A stretch of 63,846 nucleotides of DNA, counting the filler, from Kipferlia bialata (Eukaryota): the NCBI GenBank assembly GCA_003568945.1. It is 4 parts of 4 records of this genome, joined end to end, with 100 filler letters (N's around TTAATTAATTAA, not from the genome) between each part and the next. Parts side by side here need not be neighbours in the genome. Positions count along the whole stretch, not along the records: positions 40,772 to 60,989 come from BDIP01000386.1; 3 more parts are not named here. One strand, written 5' to 3'. The position numbers and the translations under genes were made by a program. Shown here in pieces: positions 41,048-54,532 of the stretch. Within the stretch, counting starts at the first letter, position 1. Each line of letters starts with the position of its first letter. A model generated the notes under the pieces. That model did no database searches and was not told where the DNA came from. It saw only the letters and a list, made by a program, of their open reading frames with translations.

Positions 41048-44000
41048 GCACAGTGGCCACCTTCACCGACTTACTCCTCCACCTCAAGGACGCAGTGTGT
41101 ACATACACAGTTGGGGGCACAGTGCACAGGTACGTAGTCATAATAATACTATGAGTGTATATATCCATATATATATATATATTTATTGTATAGCATACCT
41201 ATACATATTGTATATACCTATGTGGTGTATATATACAACACTCATATATATATACACACTATTACTATATGTATTTAGAGAAAGACATACCTCCCTGCAG
41301 GGTGGAAGACACTCTGGGCTGGGCCATGGCCCTCCCATCCATCTCTGCATCACAGCTAGTGCCAAGTGTAACACCTGAAGAGACACACACACTGAGAGAG
41401 AGAGTATGTGTCCAAAAGAGTGAAAGCTCCGGTTCAGAGTCTGACGCTCTCTCTCCCTCAGTGGAGACTCCAAGTGACCCTGTCTGTGACACTAAGGTAT
41501 ATACACAGATATATACATTTCCATATTTATATATATATATCTGTGCTATGTATATATCAATATGCACAACTTACTTTGAACTTTACTATTCACCCATATA
41601 TGTACCCATAACTAATGCTTTGTACCATATGTACACGGCATATACTATATAGAAATATTTCATATACATCCTAATCTTTAGGCAAGTGACCCTGTCTGTG
41701 ACAATAGGGTACACATATCCACACCATTTGTATACATATAGATAGGTTATAGATGTGTAAGTACACTAATCGTTAGGCTGGGGACCCTGTCTGTGACACT
41801 AGACTGGTCATGTGGGGTGGCATAGAGTGCTCAGGTCTGCAGATATGCTATATATTACATGTACACATATATGTATATACATGCAATATCAATATATACT
41901 TATATATACTCATGTATAGACTGGTCATGTGGGGTGGCATAGAGTGCGAAGGTACTAGAAGGTACTAGAAGGTCTAGAAGCATATGAGTATTAGAATGTA
42001 TTTTTGTACTATATAGTCACTATATTATAGTTTCAAGGTATAATATCAAGAAGGATATGGTACTACTATCTCCATTCTCTTGGTATTCACAGTTCTATTG
42101 TTGTATATCATTGTGTCATAATAGTTACAATCAGCATCAACTGCCAAGGGTGCCCATAAGAGGGTACTCCGCAGAATCATTCTGATAGTATATAATACTA
42201 TTATATTATATCTTATATGTATGATTATATACATATATGTCTCGTAGTGTCTAACACTAAGCCTCCAGAGCCAAGGGTGCCCTCAAGAGGGTGCTCCGCA
42301 GAATCATTCTGATATAGTGAACTATACTACTATATCAGAATACATATGTATATATGTGTCTCATTGGATCTAACCTTTAGCATCAACTGCCAAGGGTGCC
42401 CTCAAGAGGGTATATATATATATATATCCCGCACTGCCATTCTCAGAGATATTCCATACTCTTGTATATGAATATATACATATATATGTCTCGTAGTGTC
42501 TAACACTCAGCCTCCAGAGCCAAGGGTACCATTAGGAGGGTTCTTCGCACCGCCATCCTCAGGGATATTGAGAGGAGGGTGGAGAAGGGGGGGACAGTGG
42601 ATGAGGAACAGGTACGGTAATAAACTGAGTATACTATACACACAGTTCTATTTAGAATGATACTATTTTCATTATAGTATTATACATATGGCCGAGAAGG
42701 GGGAGACAGCAGATGAGGAACAAGTACTGTATATGTCACCATAATGAGCTGTAATATGCATGATATTATACCAACACTAGAGTGTCTATACAGTCGATTA
42801 GGCACAGGTGTGGATTTGGATGGAAAGTTCTATCTATACTGATATACCATTCCATTTCAGTATTATACATACTATTGAGGAAGAGACAGTCAATGAGGCA
42901 CATATATGGTATAGTGATGGGTATATGGTCTATTACACAATTCTAATCTATACATATGTATATCTATAGACGTGTGTGTGTATACAATACTATTCTACAT
43001 ATAATCCCTCACCTTAGACCAAGCAGAGACTGATTGGCAACTCCTTCTGGGTCAAGAGGAAGATCCTGGAGATACAGGTATTATATGTAATATATAAGTG
43101 TATATTGAAACATCATAGGGATGCATGTGTTTGAATGTAGTGTAATAGTACTGTATACTATATGCTCTATACTATATACTGTATTCATTCTTATATAACA
43201 TCAAGGATGTACAGCTAGCAGCTGACGACACGGATGGTCACATACACGCCTGTGTTGTCACCTGCAAGACTTCTAAGAATGTGGAGAGGCTTGTGAATAT
43301 GCTCAGGTGCCAGATAGTGCCTCTGCTACTGCACACATACTAGCCACAGTATTATGCTCTCATTGCGCAAATTAATAATTCACTTGCCGCCTGCAAACAC
43401 GAATACCATACATGTGTGCATGGCTTTGATATATATCTTAGCATTTATCAAGTTCATAGTATATTCTTAGTCGTGTGTGTCTCACCCCCAGCATTGTTGC
43501 CGATGCCCACCCTGCCATACCAACATATCTACATATATATATGATCATGTAAAGTTCCAAATTAGTATAGACTCTATACTACGTGTTGTTTGACTCCTAG
43601 TACTGTTGCTGATGCCCACCCTGCCATCCATCTGCAGCCCTATGCCAGTGTGGTATCTGACACCCACAGAGAGGTATCATGTCGTACATTACATACACAA
43701 TGTGATGATGTATATACAAACATACATGAATTATATCCTCATCTGCTGCCATATTCCAGTGTGGTCTCTGACACGCACAATGATATATATATATATGTAT
43801 ATAGATATATGTATATTGTGTATATACCGCATATTGTCAGATGTACACTTATCTATATTGGCAATCTGGAGGGTTTTGTGGTCATATTGATACCAATATC
43901 GTTAGTGATTCTGTCAGTGTGTGATCCTCTACGCTGACCCTAGGAAGCAGAGCAGGTGCTCTGTCACGTGACCAGAGACGCTCTTGCCAAGTGCTCTGCC

Positions 44001-45808
44001 TCTGACGCAGATGCTGCATCCCTGAATGCTGAGGGAATCAATGCTGGCATAATCAATCCTAAGGGAAACAATGCTGAGGGCGCTACAGGGGGTGACAAGA
44101 GCAGCCCTGCCTCTCCACCCCTCAATCCTGAGGGTAGTGTCACTGGAGTGGATGATACCTCTCTCGCTGTCGAGCAGGACTACCCATTGATGCCAGGTGT
44201 GTAACCTCTATAATCGTAATTGTCTGTAGCATTACATTGTATATATAGTTTTGAGTAGTTTATATCAATATCACAAGATGGAGGGACCTCTATCTCATTA
44301 ACAGAACCAGTCATTGAAGCATCAATATAGCATTTTACTCTATGGTATGTATATAATGCTTATACATAGTATAATATCTGTGTGTTGTTGATTCTCTTAT
44401 ACCTATTTGACACTAGGCCTGGGAACCAAGAACGAGCCCGACCTGGTTGTGATGTGGGGGAATCTCTCCAAGAAGGACCCCCTGTACACACACCTACTGC
44501 ACATAGCAGAGGGAGAGGGAGAGGCAGATGCATCACAGGGAGTGACAGGTACAACCCATAGTAGTATATATATATGTATATATAGGATATACTATATACG
44601 CATCTACTCAGCACAGCAGAGGGAAAGGGAGAAGCACATGTGCATGTCGAGGCTGTCACAGGTACTGCGCACTACATATACATATATATATACATATGTA
44701 TTATACTATATATATTACTGTTCTACACATGTACCTGTTACGGGTAAGACCTAGTCTTATGACACGTATTAAAGTGTGTTTTGTATTTACATCCCTATAT
44801 ACTAAAGGAAGAGCCTCTTCCGAAGAGGGAGAGGGAGAGGGAGCACTTGTTCAGAAGTCACAGTTCCCCATTTCTCTCATTTCAAAAGTGCATAGGTGTC
44901 GCCACAGATTCTGTATTTTGTATATATAGATATAAGTTAATCATATATTGTCCGGGATTCGTGATGTATATATGCGTAACACTAGGCACCACTGTTGTCT
45001 TCAGAACCAAGAGAAAGCCAGACTGTCGTCAGAAGGGAGTGATTCAGGTTCGTATGATAAACAATGTGTATACGATGCCTCTCATCTAGGCAAAACTTAT
45101 ACTCATTACTCATTACTTATGGTTATTCATTACCCAATGATACTCAGGTTGGTCTCTCTGATGATCCTGCCAAGGTGGCAGCTAGGGTTAAGGGGATTCA
45201 CCTGAACGCCATAATGCTACACAAGGTTGGTATTGTATATAATGTATATGTATATATAGTGGGCATACATATACAACTAGGTGTGGAGATGTGTAGTTTA
45301 CTTGGTATATACATTGTAATACAAAAATTGAAAACATATATATATATTCATTGTAAGAATTTCATACCTGTAGACATTTATGTATGTCCCTGCTACACCA
45401 GGTTTTGTAAATAGAGAATATACAACATATTGAGTGTGGTACATACTGTGTACTTCATATATTGTTATATATGTACACACATATATATGTGTGTTATTAG
45501 ATACCGCAACGCCTTCCTCTTACAACGTGTCGTACCCAAGGTCCTAACTTAGGACATACATATGATGATGGAGCACCCTATACTCACTCCCAGATTGGCA
45601 GCCTCAGGAATGTAGTAGAGAGCGAGGTCCCTTTCCCTGCTCTCCTGGACGCTGTGCTAAAGGGTGCAAAGGGAGGGGTGGGAACTGCCCCCATATGCAT
45701 CTACAAGCCAACAAGCTGCATATCTAACGCAGCAAGTGTGAGACAGAAGGCCAAGAGAGTCAGAAGGGTGTCCCAGATGTGCTGTGACAACCCTATGCTC
45801 AAGGCATA
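41048..45808 (+). CDS. Hypothetical multi-exon protein, 5' end probably lost at contig start
   Basis: About 12 GC-rich exons with GT-AG ends, e.g. ASRAKGTIRRVLRTAILRDIERRVEK, TKQRLIGNSFWVKRKILEIQ, DVQLAADDTDGHIHACVVTCK. It ends ...QMCCDNPMLKA* (TAG 45806-45808). No family recognised. Confidence 0.6.
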
Positions 45809-46260
45809 GACCAGGAGTCAATGGGCGCCAATCAATCAATTGATTCTATGACGTCCTCAAGGCCTAGATGGTATATATATATATAAATGATACATGGATC
45901 ACTCGTGTCAAGGTATTGTACTAGGGGAGTACTATAATAGAGACTCTAGTGCTCTGTACCATGAAGTTAGAAGGGAACCGCAAAGGGACTGTCTCATTCA
46001 TTCGATTGATAGACATGTTTACTGATGACACACCAGTGAACTCAATGATTTGGTGCCACGTAACCCTAACACTGCCAGCTGTCATATATGAATAAACCTC
46101 ATGATTAATGAGGTACTCTCTCCCTCTCCCTTCCCTAGTAACTAAACTCCAAAATTGAGACCCCATCACTGCCAGCTGGTCTGCAGATATCCTCTAAAGA
46201 GTCCATAACTGAGCCATCCTCTCGTCTATGTGTCTAACACTACTCAGACACAATGTCTAG

Positions 46261-48065
46261 TTACAACTGTGATCCCATCACTGCCAGCTGGTCTGCCTCC
46301 TCGTTCTCAGCTATGCCACTGTGACCTGGGGGTGAGGAATGTATATACACAAATACAAAAACTCTCTCTCTATCTCTCTCTCTCTCTATATATATATATA
46401 CATATGCATCAGCTAAGCCGCTGTGACCTTGGGTGAGGAAGGTATATGATGTATGCATATATACATATATATACTCACATATATATACATATATGCTATG
46501 TTGCTGTGGCCTGGGGGTGAGGAAGGCATATGTATAAATATTTATATATATATACACACTATATACACTAATATGTAGGTGCTGTGTGACAGTCCGGAAG
46601 GAGCACACAACACATATCAAAACATACACACATGTATATGTATATGTGGGAAAGGAGGTTGGAATATACTAGATGGACTGTACCTGGTGTGTACCACTGC
46701 TGCCAACTATACCTTACATACACAGACAGTCTTATACTGCCACTAAATACTCACTATTTGGCCTCCTATGGTATATAGAGTTCACCAGTACAGAATATAC
46801 CACACCTGGCGTGTACACCAGCACCACAGTTGCCAGGTTCCTGTATAACAATATATGTCTATTCTATACATATATACATATACATATATACATATATATA
46901 TATCAATATATATATATATGTGTGTGTATACCTGGTGTGTACACCAGCACCACAGTTGCCAGGTTCCTCAGACCAGCCAGCTCATATCTCAGCATGGAAA
47001 CATCCTGGGGGTAAGAATTGTATTGAAGCAGTATAATGAAGCATTCAAATAATAAATCATCGTTGTGATTGTATACCAGTCCCTCCAGCTCATAACTCAG
47101 CATGTCAACGTCCTGGTCGTTACTATTGTACTAAACTGACGTACATGTAATATACTGAATAAGAATACACTTACTTTTGTGTTCTCCTTTGCTTTCCAGT
47201 GCCCTGCAAGACCAAGGGTGTACTGAGGTGGGCGAATTTATCCATAGTACAATAATTGAATATACTATCACAAGTACACTCATTAACACAATGTAAATCC
47301 TGGTTCCGTATTGAGAGACTGTATCCCTAGTGTTCCCCTCAATGCATGTAATAAACACTGTTTACCATAATGTCCCTACCTTGCTGTCCGAGCATATGAA
47401 CTCATATATATATATCAGTATATATGTGTATATAACTATATACAGAGAGAGAGATAGAAGACATATGAGGTGCTGTGATACCTTGCTGTCTGAGCATATC
47501 TAATCACTATATATCAAGTTACCCACAATAATATTGATATCCATTCCCATAATATCTATATATCAATATATATTTACATACCTTGCTGTCTGAGCATCTC
47601 AGATAACAAGTTTACACATACACAAATATAGAAATACCGAGTAGAGAAGAGGTAATAGTTAATTATACTCACTGCCAATATACACTTTCTATCATCATAC
47701 TATTGATTTTCATACCTTGCTGTCTGAGCATATGAACACGACAGGCCTGGGTGGCTGGGTGTCAGAGAAAGAAGAGCATTGGTATCCCATAGAACAATCA
47801 TAAACACACTATATATGTATTAATGAACACGACTGATCCAAACGGCTGGGAATTAGAGAGAGAAGAGGACGATGGATGTAAACGCATATCAATACATGAA
47901 GAATACACTTTAACGCAGCACGATCACGAGTGGATACTCATACATATACACACACACACACACAAATATACGAGTATAAATACCGGTGTCGCTGTGTCAC
48001 TCCATGCGGCATGGAGTCCATGCTATATATATACATACATACATACCATGTATATATCCCGTATC

Positions 48066-48096
<31 letters not shown>

Positions 48097-48316
48097 ATAC
48101 CTGTGTCGCTGTGTCCCCCTCCCCCCTTGCTCTCTTGTCACTCCCAATTCCATCGTTTGATATATACAGTATATGAATACCATACATATATATATATATA
48201 TATATATATACCTGTATGTCCCCCTCTCGCCTTGCTCTCCTGTCACTCCCAATGGATGTCTTGAGGGCACGGCATGCTAGCATGAAGGCTGATATTAGGA
48301 ATGAAGAACACTTAGG

Positions 48317-48355
<39 letters not shown>

Positions 48356-51300
48356 GGATGTCTTGAGGGCACGGCAGGCCAGCATGAAGGCCGGAGTTAG
48401 GGTATATATAATGGTAAGAAAGATGGAGACAGAGAGCGGGGGGGAGAGAGAGAGAGAAAGAGATAATAGTGCAGAGACAGAGATGGAGAGAGAGAGAGAG
48501 AAAGATGTTTTGAGGGAACCCTACAGACATTTGTATATACCCTCACCATGTAGCTCTGCCCTCTATTTTGTCATATCTATAAATGAATACATAGTCAACA
48601 ATAGCCCTATATACAAGTAGGTATACATATACCATGTAGCTTGGCCCTCTGGTTGGTCTGCACATCCCCTACCGTACATATCAATAAATTTACACATAGC
48701 CAACAATAACNNNNNNNNNNNNNNNNNNNNNNNNNNNNNNNNATTTACACATAGCCAACAATAACCCTACTCATACTAATGTGGTGTTAATCCATACTAT
48801 GTAGCTCTGCCCTCTGGTTTGTCTGCACCTCCCTACCATACATATATATAAATATATACATAGCCAACAATAACCCTATACTAATGTGGTCATTATACAC
48901 ACCGTGTAGCTCTGCCCTCTGGTTTGTCTGCACCTGCCCTGGCAGAGGGACTTGGATGTCGGGGATGCGGCATCTGGCAGAGTCTGGGGTTAGACCCATA
49001 GATCAGGAACTCATTCAAAAAGCCGCCTAGTGCAGAAAGCTGGGGTGTGACACTAGGGTGTAATCTATAAATGCATACAGCCATTTGGTACCTGGGTATA
49101 CAAAGTGGACACCGGACCCAGCCTTGGCCTTCTTCTGGGGGTGAGGCAAAGACAATCATATATAATGTACTATGAAGAATAATACATGAAGCTGGATGGA
49201 TGGTTATAGTTTATATATAATACAATATAGATCCCGCCTTGGCCTTCTTCTGAGGGTCAAGACAGTTTGATTATAAGTAATATAGAGATATATTTAGTAT
49301 ATATTGATAGTTACAGTGTATAGAATACACTATAGATCCAGCCTTGGCCTTCTTCTGGGGGTGAGACAGTGATATATTTCACTATATATATTACACAATA
49401 TATATAGTATATATATATATATATATGATTTAGTATACCTTGCATTGGCCTTCTTCTGGGGTGAGACACAGTTATATAACACTATATGAGTATGATATGA
49501 GCATTCTAAAAGAATATGACAGTTACAGAAAATGTAATACGTAACATACCCAGCCTTGACCTTCTTCTGGGGGTCAAGGTAATCACATATACCTTATGGC
49601 AATGAATATAGTACTTTGAATAGATTTAATGCATAGAATAGAATCAAAATAGAGCACTATGATAAGCCTCATACCTTGCTCTGGTTGTTGCTGCATGCAC
49701 CGTCGGTAGGATAAATACTATATACATATATATATCACACTTACCACAGTGTACAACTGTTTTAGTAAACAAATATATATATATACATTTATACCTTGCT
49801 CTGGTTGTTGCTGCATGCACCGTCTGTGAATGCAATGTACGTGGCAACGCTGGGGTAAGTGATTATTTAACAGTATATTCACAAGTACTAATACCAATGG
49901 TATGGTATGCTAGTAATTGCAATGTACGTAGCAACGCTGGGGTAAATTAAGGGCACATAATAATGTCAATGTGCCGATATGCAGTATTCATTGGTTGAAA
50001 TGAGAGAGGGGGAGAGAGACAGAGACAGACTCACAAGCTCTCATACTCCTCTACGGCATGCTGTCTCTCTCTCTCTCTCTCTCTAATGAATTTGAGTAAC
50101 ACACCCTCTCTCATCCTCCTCTATGGCCTTGTCGTACATGCCTCCACAGGTGAACTGGGTGAGACGACCTGGGGTGCACTCTATGCATCTCTCGTAGGCT
50201 GTGACCCTGGTGGTGCCAGGGACGGGGCCTGGATTGATTAGTGGATTGATTAGTGGATTGATTAGTGGATTGATCCTGGTGGTGCCAGGGACGGGGCCTG
50301 TAGGGTTAGACTATACGACATAGAGTATCTATATCACAATACTAACGTTTAGAAATACTACACACATTATGTATTCGTACATATACATAGAAAGAGAGAT
50401 AGGGAGAGAGAGATCCATGTACCTGGCAGTATGAGGTGGCACAGCTTGGCATTTACCATATACACTTCATACGTATATATTGTGTATCATATATACATAT
50501 ATATATATACAATGTGTCATATATAGATGTACCTGGCAGTATGAGGTGGCACAGTATGAATGGCTTATCAGACACACTTTACATATGTATATTTCTATAT
50601 ATATTCGAATATCATTTTATGGGTATTGCAAATGTATGTGTGTGTGTGTGGGTACTATATATATGTAGATACCCGGCAGTACGAGGTGGCACAGCTTGGA
50701 GTACATGCACTATACACATTTGTATATACGCATATCCATATATCCATATATACACATATATACATACAATGTGTCATATATAGATACCTGGCAGTACGAG
50801 GTGGCACAGCTTGGAGAACTTGTCATGGATGCACTTGCGGTTGTTGCCTGAATTGAGGTCATAAAGAGGCATAGAAAGCATCGTATTGTATACAGTATAT
50901 ATTCATACCCAGGCCATATATTCTTTTGGGGTTCATGCCTGCAACTAAGGATTCAGGGCATAGTGTATGTATATATACATATATATGTAGAGAGAGAGAG
51001 AGATAGAGAGAATATATATAAATATAGATACATACCTCTAGCTGGTATGTGCATGGCATAGTATGGCGCCAGGTCTCTGAGAGTCTCACTGAGACAGGTG
51101 TCCCTGTGGATAAGGGAAAAAGAGAAAGAGAAAGAGAAAGAATGGGAGACAGAGAGATGTGGTGTGATTGCTGCTAGTGAGTGTCATATGAGGGTCATAT
51201 GAGTGTCACTCAGAGAAGTGTCCCTAGAAGCAGTATATTACACATATACAGATATGGAAAATGGATATTAAACTATTCTAAGGGATGGGACTGGGATAGA

Positions 51301-52224
51301 TAAGACAGACGTACAACGGCCTCTCAAAGAACAGTACATCTTCACATACTTGAGCTTGGGTCTCAATGGAGAGTAGAATGAGGCATTATTAACCTATAAT
51401 ACTTCATTATCGATACATATTCACTTACTTGAGCTTGGCCGCTATGTTGAAGGTCCGGAAGTCCCTGGGAGTGAGAGAGTACGGATATTATATTATACCA
51501 TACTTAACATACGAAAAGAGAGAGAGAGAGAGAGATAAGAGGTCCGGAAGTCCTTGGGGAGTTAGAGTACGGATATAGTACCATCTTTAACATACGAAGA
51601 GAGAGAGAGAGAGCGAGAGAGAGAGAAAGAAAGGAGAGAGGTCCCGAAGCCCTGGGGAGTGTTTGAGAATGGACATTTGAATCAATGTACATACGAAGAG
51701 AGAGAATGGAGAAAGAGGGAGTCAAATAAGGTGCCTGGTGAGTTTCTGGTCATGGACTATCCCATCCTGGGATGGTAGTACACCCCTGCCCCTCTGGTCA
51801 TCCCACTCTCTAGCCCTGTCTGCTCTATCTGCCCCTGGTCTCTCTCTCTCCCACTCCCTAGCCCTGTCTGCCCTGTCACCTGCCCCTGATGCACCCTTGG
51901 AGGGTCTCTCTCTCTCCCTCTCCCTGGAGCTGACAGCCACTACCTAGATGATGAGCATCGGATTCGATATATAGTATATAGAAATTGTATACAGATGCAC
52001 GTCTCTCTCTCTGTGCCCCCTATGTTATATTTCATGCAATATATAAAACAATAGCATAGTATATTATACCATATGTATATACCCATATATACTCTATATT
52101 ATACATATATATACTCTATATTATACATATATATTATACACAAGAGACACTAAATATTTGGTGCCCCCCAGGATACATCCACCACACTGTAAAATGACAC
52201 TATATAACATATATACTACATACC

Positions 52225-52263
<39 letters not shown>

Positions 52264-54532
52264 CACTATAAGTATACTATATTCCATACCTCCGGTGCCC
52301 CCCATGCTGCATCCCCCATATTACTCATCATGGCACTACACACTATATATATATACTATATACTACATATATATTTTATACTATACACCATGTATATATA
52401 GTACATATACACACCTCTGGTGCCCCCCATGCTGCATCCCCCATATTACTCATCATGGCACTACACACTAACTATATATGCATACTATATACACATATAC
52501 TATATATATATACTATTTACAATATACCTCTGGCGCCCCCCATGCTGCATCCCCCATACTACTCATCATGGCACGGTTGGCACCCCTGGGGAGTGAGCAT
52601 CTAGTATGTATATCAATGCAAAACTCATAATTCATTTAGAACAACACATATATATCTGTCGCGTATAGAGAGTATTGTGAATGGTGGAACATACACGCAT
52701 CGCCTTATAGGCCTGGTATGAGTACCTCATCATGGGCAGTGGTCTGTGCCCAACAGACACTGAGGACGGTAAGGGTCTCTCTCTCTCCCATTCCTTCTCT
52801 CTCTTTTTCTCCCGCTTCTCCAGCCTCCTCTCTCTCTCTTCAAGTTCCCTCTCCTGTCTCTCTAGCATCTGTTGCTTCTTGGCCAGTTCCTCCTGCTTCC
52901 TGGCTAGTGTCGCTCTCTCAGCCTCCGCAACCTCTCTCTCTCTCTTGGCTATCTCGGCTAGAGTGTCTCTCTCCCTAACTCTCTCCCTATCCCTTTCACT
53001 CTCTCTCTCTGGTCCCACCTCCACACCGCCAGAAGGCTGGTACAGGTTGGTGGGCTGTGGTCAGTCATGTTGGTACTCCTATTTAGGATGATATATGGTA
53101 TAATATTCACTCTTCATTCATATGTATGATATACTATTCAATTTTGCTCACAGAATACACCTCTATCTATATATACATGCATATATAGCCTTACCCTTGA
53201 TGCGGCACTCGGTCTAGGGCCAACATACTCGGGAAACAGACTGGAATTAGGTCTTGGCATACACCCATTATACACCACAATTACAAATGGTACCAACTCC
53301 CATTATTTTTAATGTAAGGGATACCACAGCATGCAGAATTCACAGTGGAGAACCACTGTCCTCCAGTGCCTCCAGCCCACCTATATATATAATTAAATAT
53401 ATATATAGTAACATGCCGCACCATGCTGAATCCACAGGAGATTCCGCCAGTGCCTCCAGCGCCTCCAGCCCAGTCTCCATGTCAAATGAACACATGTGTC
53501 CATGGGCTGAGGTAATGGGACCAGGGATGGCCCTCACACAAGTCTCGCTCTCCCACTCGGCCCTGACCCTGTCTGCTCTCTCTCTCCTTCTCTCTCTCCT
53601 TCTCTGTACACCGATGGTACCATACTCTCTTCCACCATCTGAGTTTGAACTGGAAGTGCTGCTTACACCCCTGCTATAGACACTCTCTCCCTCCATGGAT
53701 ACATCACCATTCCATGTGGTGCTCTCTGATACTGTACTGGGTACAATCTCTCTGTCACTCTCTCCCACTCCCTCTCCCTCTCCCTCTCCTTCTTTGTCTC
53801 TGGGAGAGTGCCATCCCTCACCAATGGCATTCTCACTACGGGGTAAGCTACAGGAGCATTCTAATGCCTGAAATATTGTACAATATAACATGAGACACAA
53901 ACTACATGCATCAAACATAATATAGAATATTTACACATGGAATATGTAGAAACTATGGAGAGTACCACCCATCACCGATGGCATTCTCACTGGAGAATGA
54001 GACTTAACTACATGCATCACACATCGTATAGTATATATACATAGGAAGTATATATATAACATGTCACGGGCCACCCATCACCGATGGCATTCTCACTGCT
54101 GCCCTGCATCCTTAAGGGTGTAGAAGCCGAAACAATGCTCATATTGAATAAAAATATACACTATTAAGGTTATTTTACTCCTGAATCCACATACGTTACC
54201 TCGTGTACTGCTCTGTATAGTAATAGTATATAATCAGAGTAAATATATATGTATCTAACACAAGTACATTATGCATTGACTATACAGAAGTTACCTCAGG
54301 TACTGCTCCGCATCCCCTCGGGTGTAGAAGTCAAGTATATACCTAGTATATACTTAGTAAATTGTAATAGCGAGATATTAATACTATTCGATACAGAATG
54401 AAAAGGGGTAAGTGTATATATTGATATAAGTATATGTACCTCATGTATTGCTCTGCATCCCCTCGGGTGAAGAAGCCCTTGTACCTGGCACCACTGTACC
54501 CTAGGACGAGATCCTTGCACTCGGCCCAGGAA
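46261..54532 (-). CDS. Ribonuclease H1-like protein with viroplasmin-type hybrid-binding domain and a very long linker; first exon not resolved
   Basis: HBD exon SWAECKDLVLGYSGARYKGFFTRGDAEQYM starts at 54532. Catalytic exons: YIAFTDGACSNNQSK, AKAGSGVHF, LPGQVQTNQRAELH, ICSDSKY, VYTPGHSGIAENEEADQLA. All four acidic active-site positions (D, E, D, D) are present. Stop at 46261. Confidence 0.85.
49118..49578 (-). repeat. Exon-echo array (acceptor side) in the RNase H1 gene
   Basis: GCCTTGGCCTTCTTCTGGGGGT-like unit at about 49120 (the real exon), 49236, 49341, 49446 and 49553. Spacing is about 105-115 bp with unique spacers. Confidence 0.9.
50231..50274. repeat. (GGATTGATTAGT)n 12-bp tandem repeat, about 3.7 copies, between two perfect 26-bp direct repeats
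   Basis: CCTGGTGGTGCCAGGGACGGGGCCTG occurs at 50206-50231 and 50275-50300. Confidence 0.9.

Noticed and set aside
48688..48765. Duplicated sequence either side of the internal N gap
   Set aside because: Probably an assembly overlap in an echo-rich intron.
46261..49860. Retrotransposon-derived RNase H
   Set aside because: The gene is intron-rich, has a hybrid-binding domain, and no RT, integrase or LTR is nearby.
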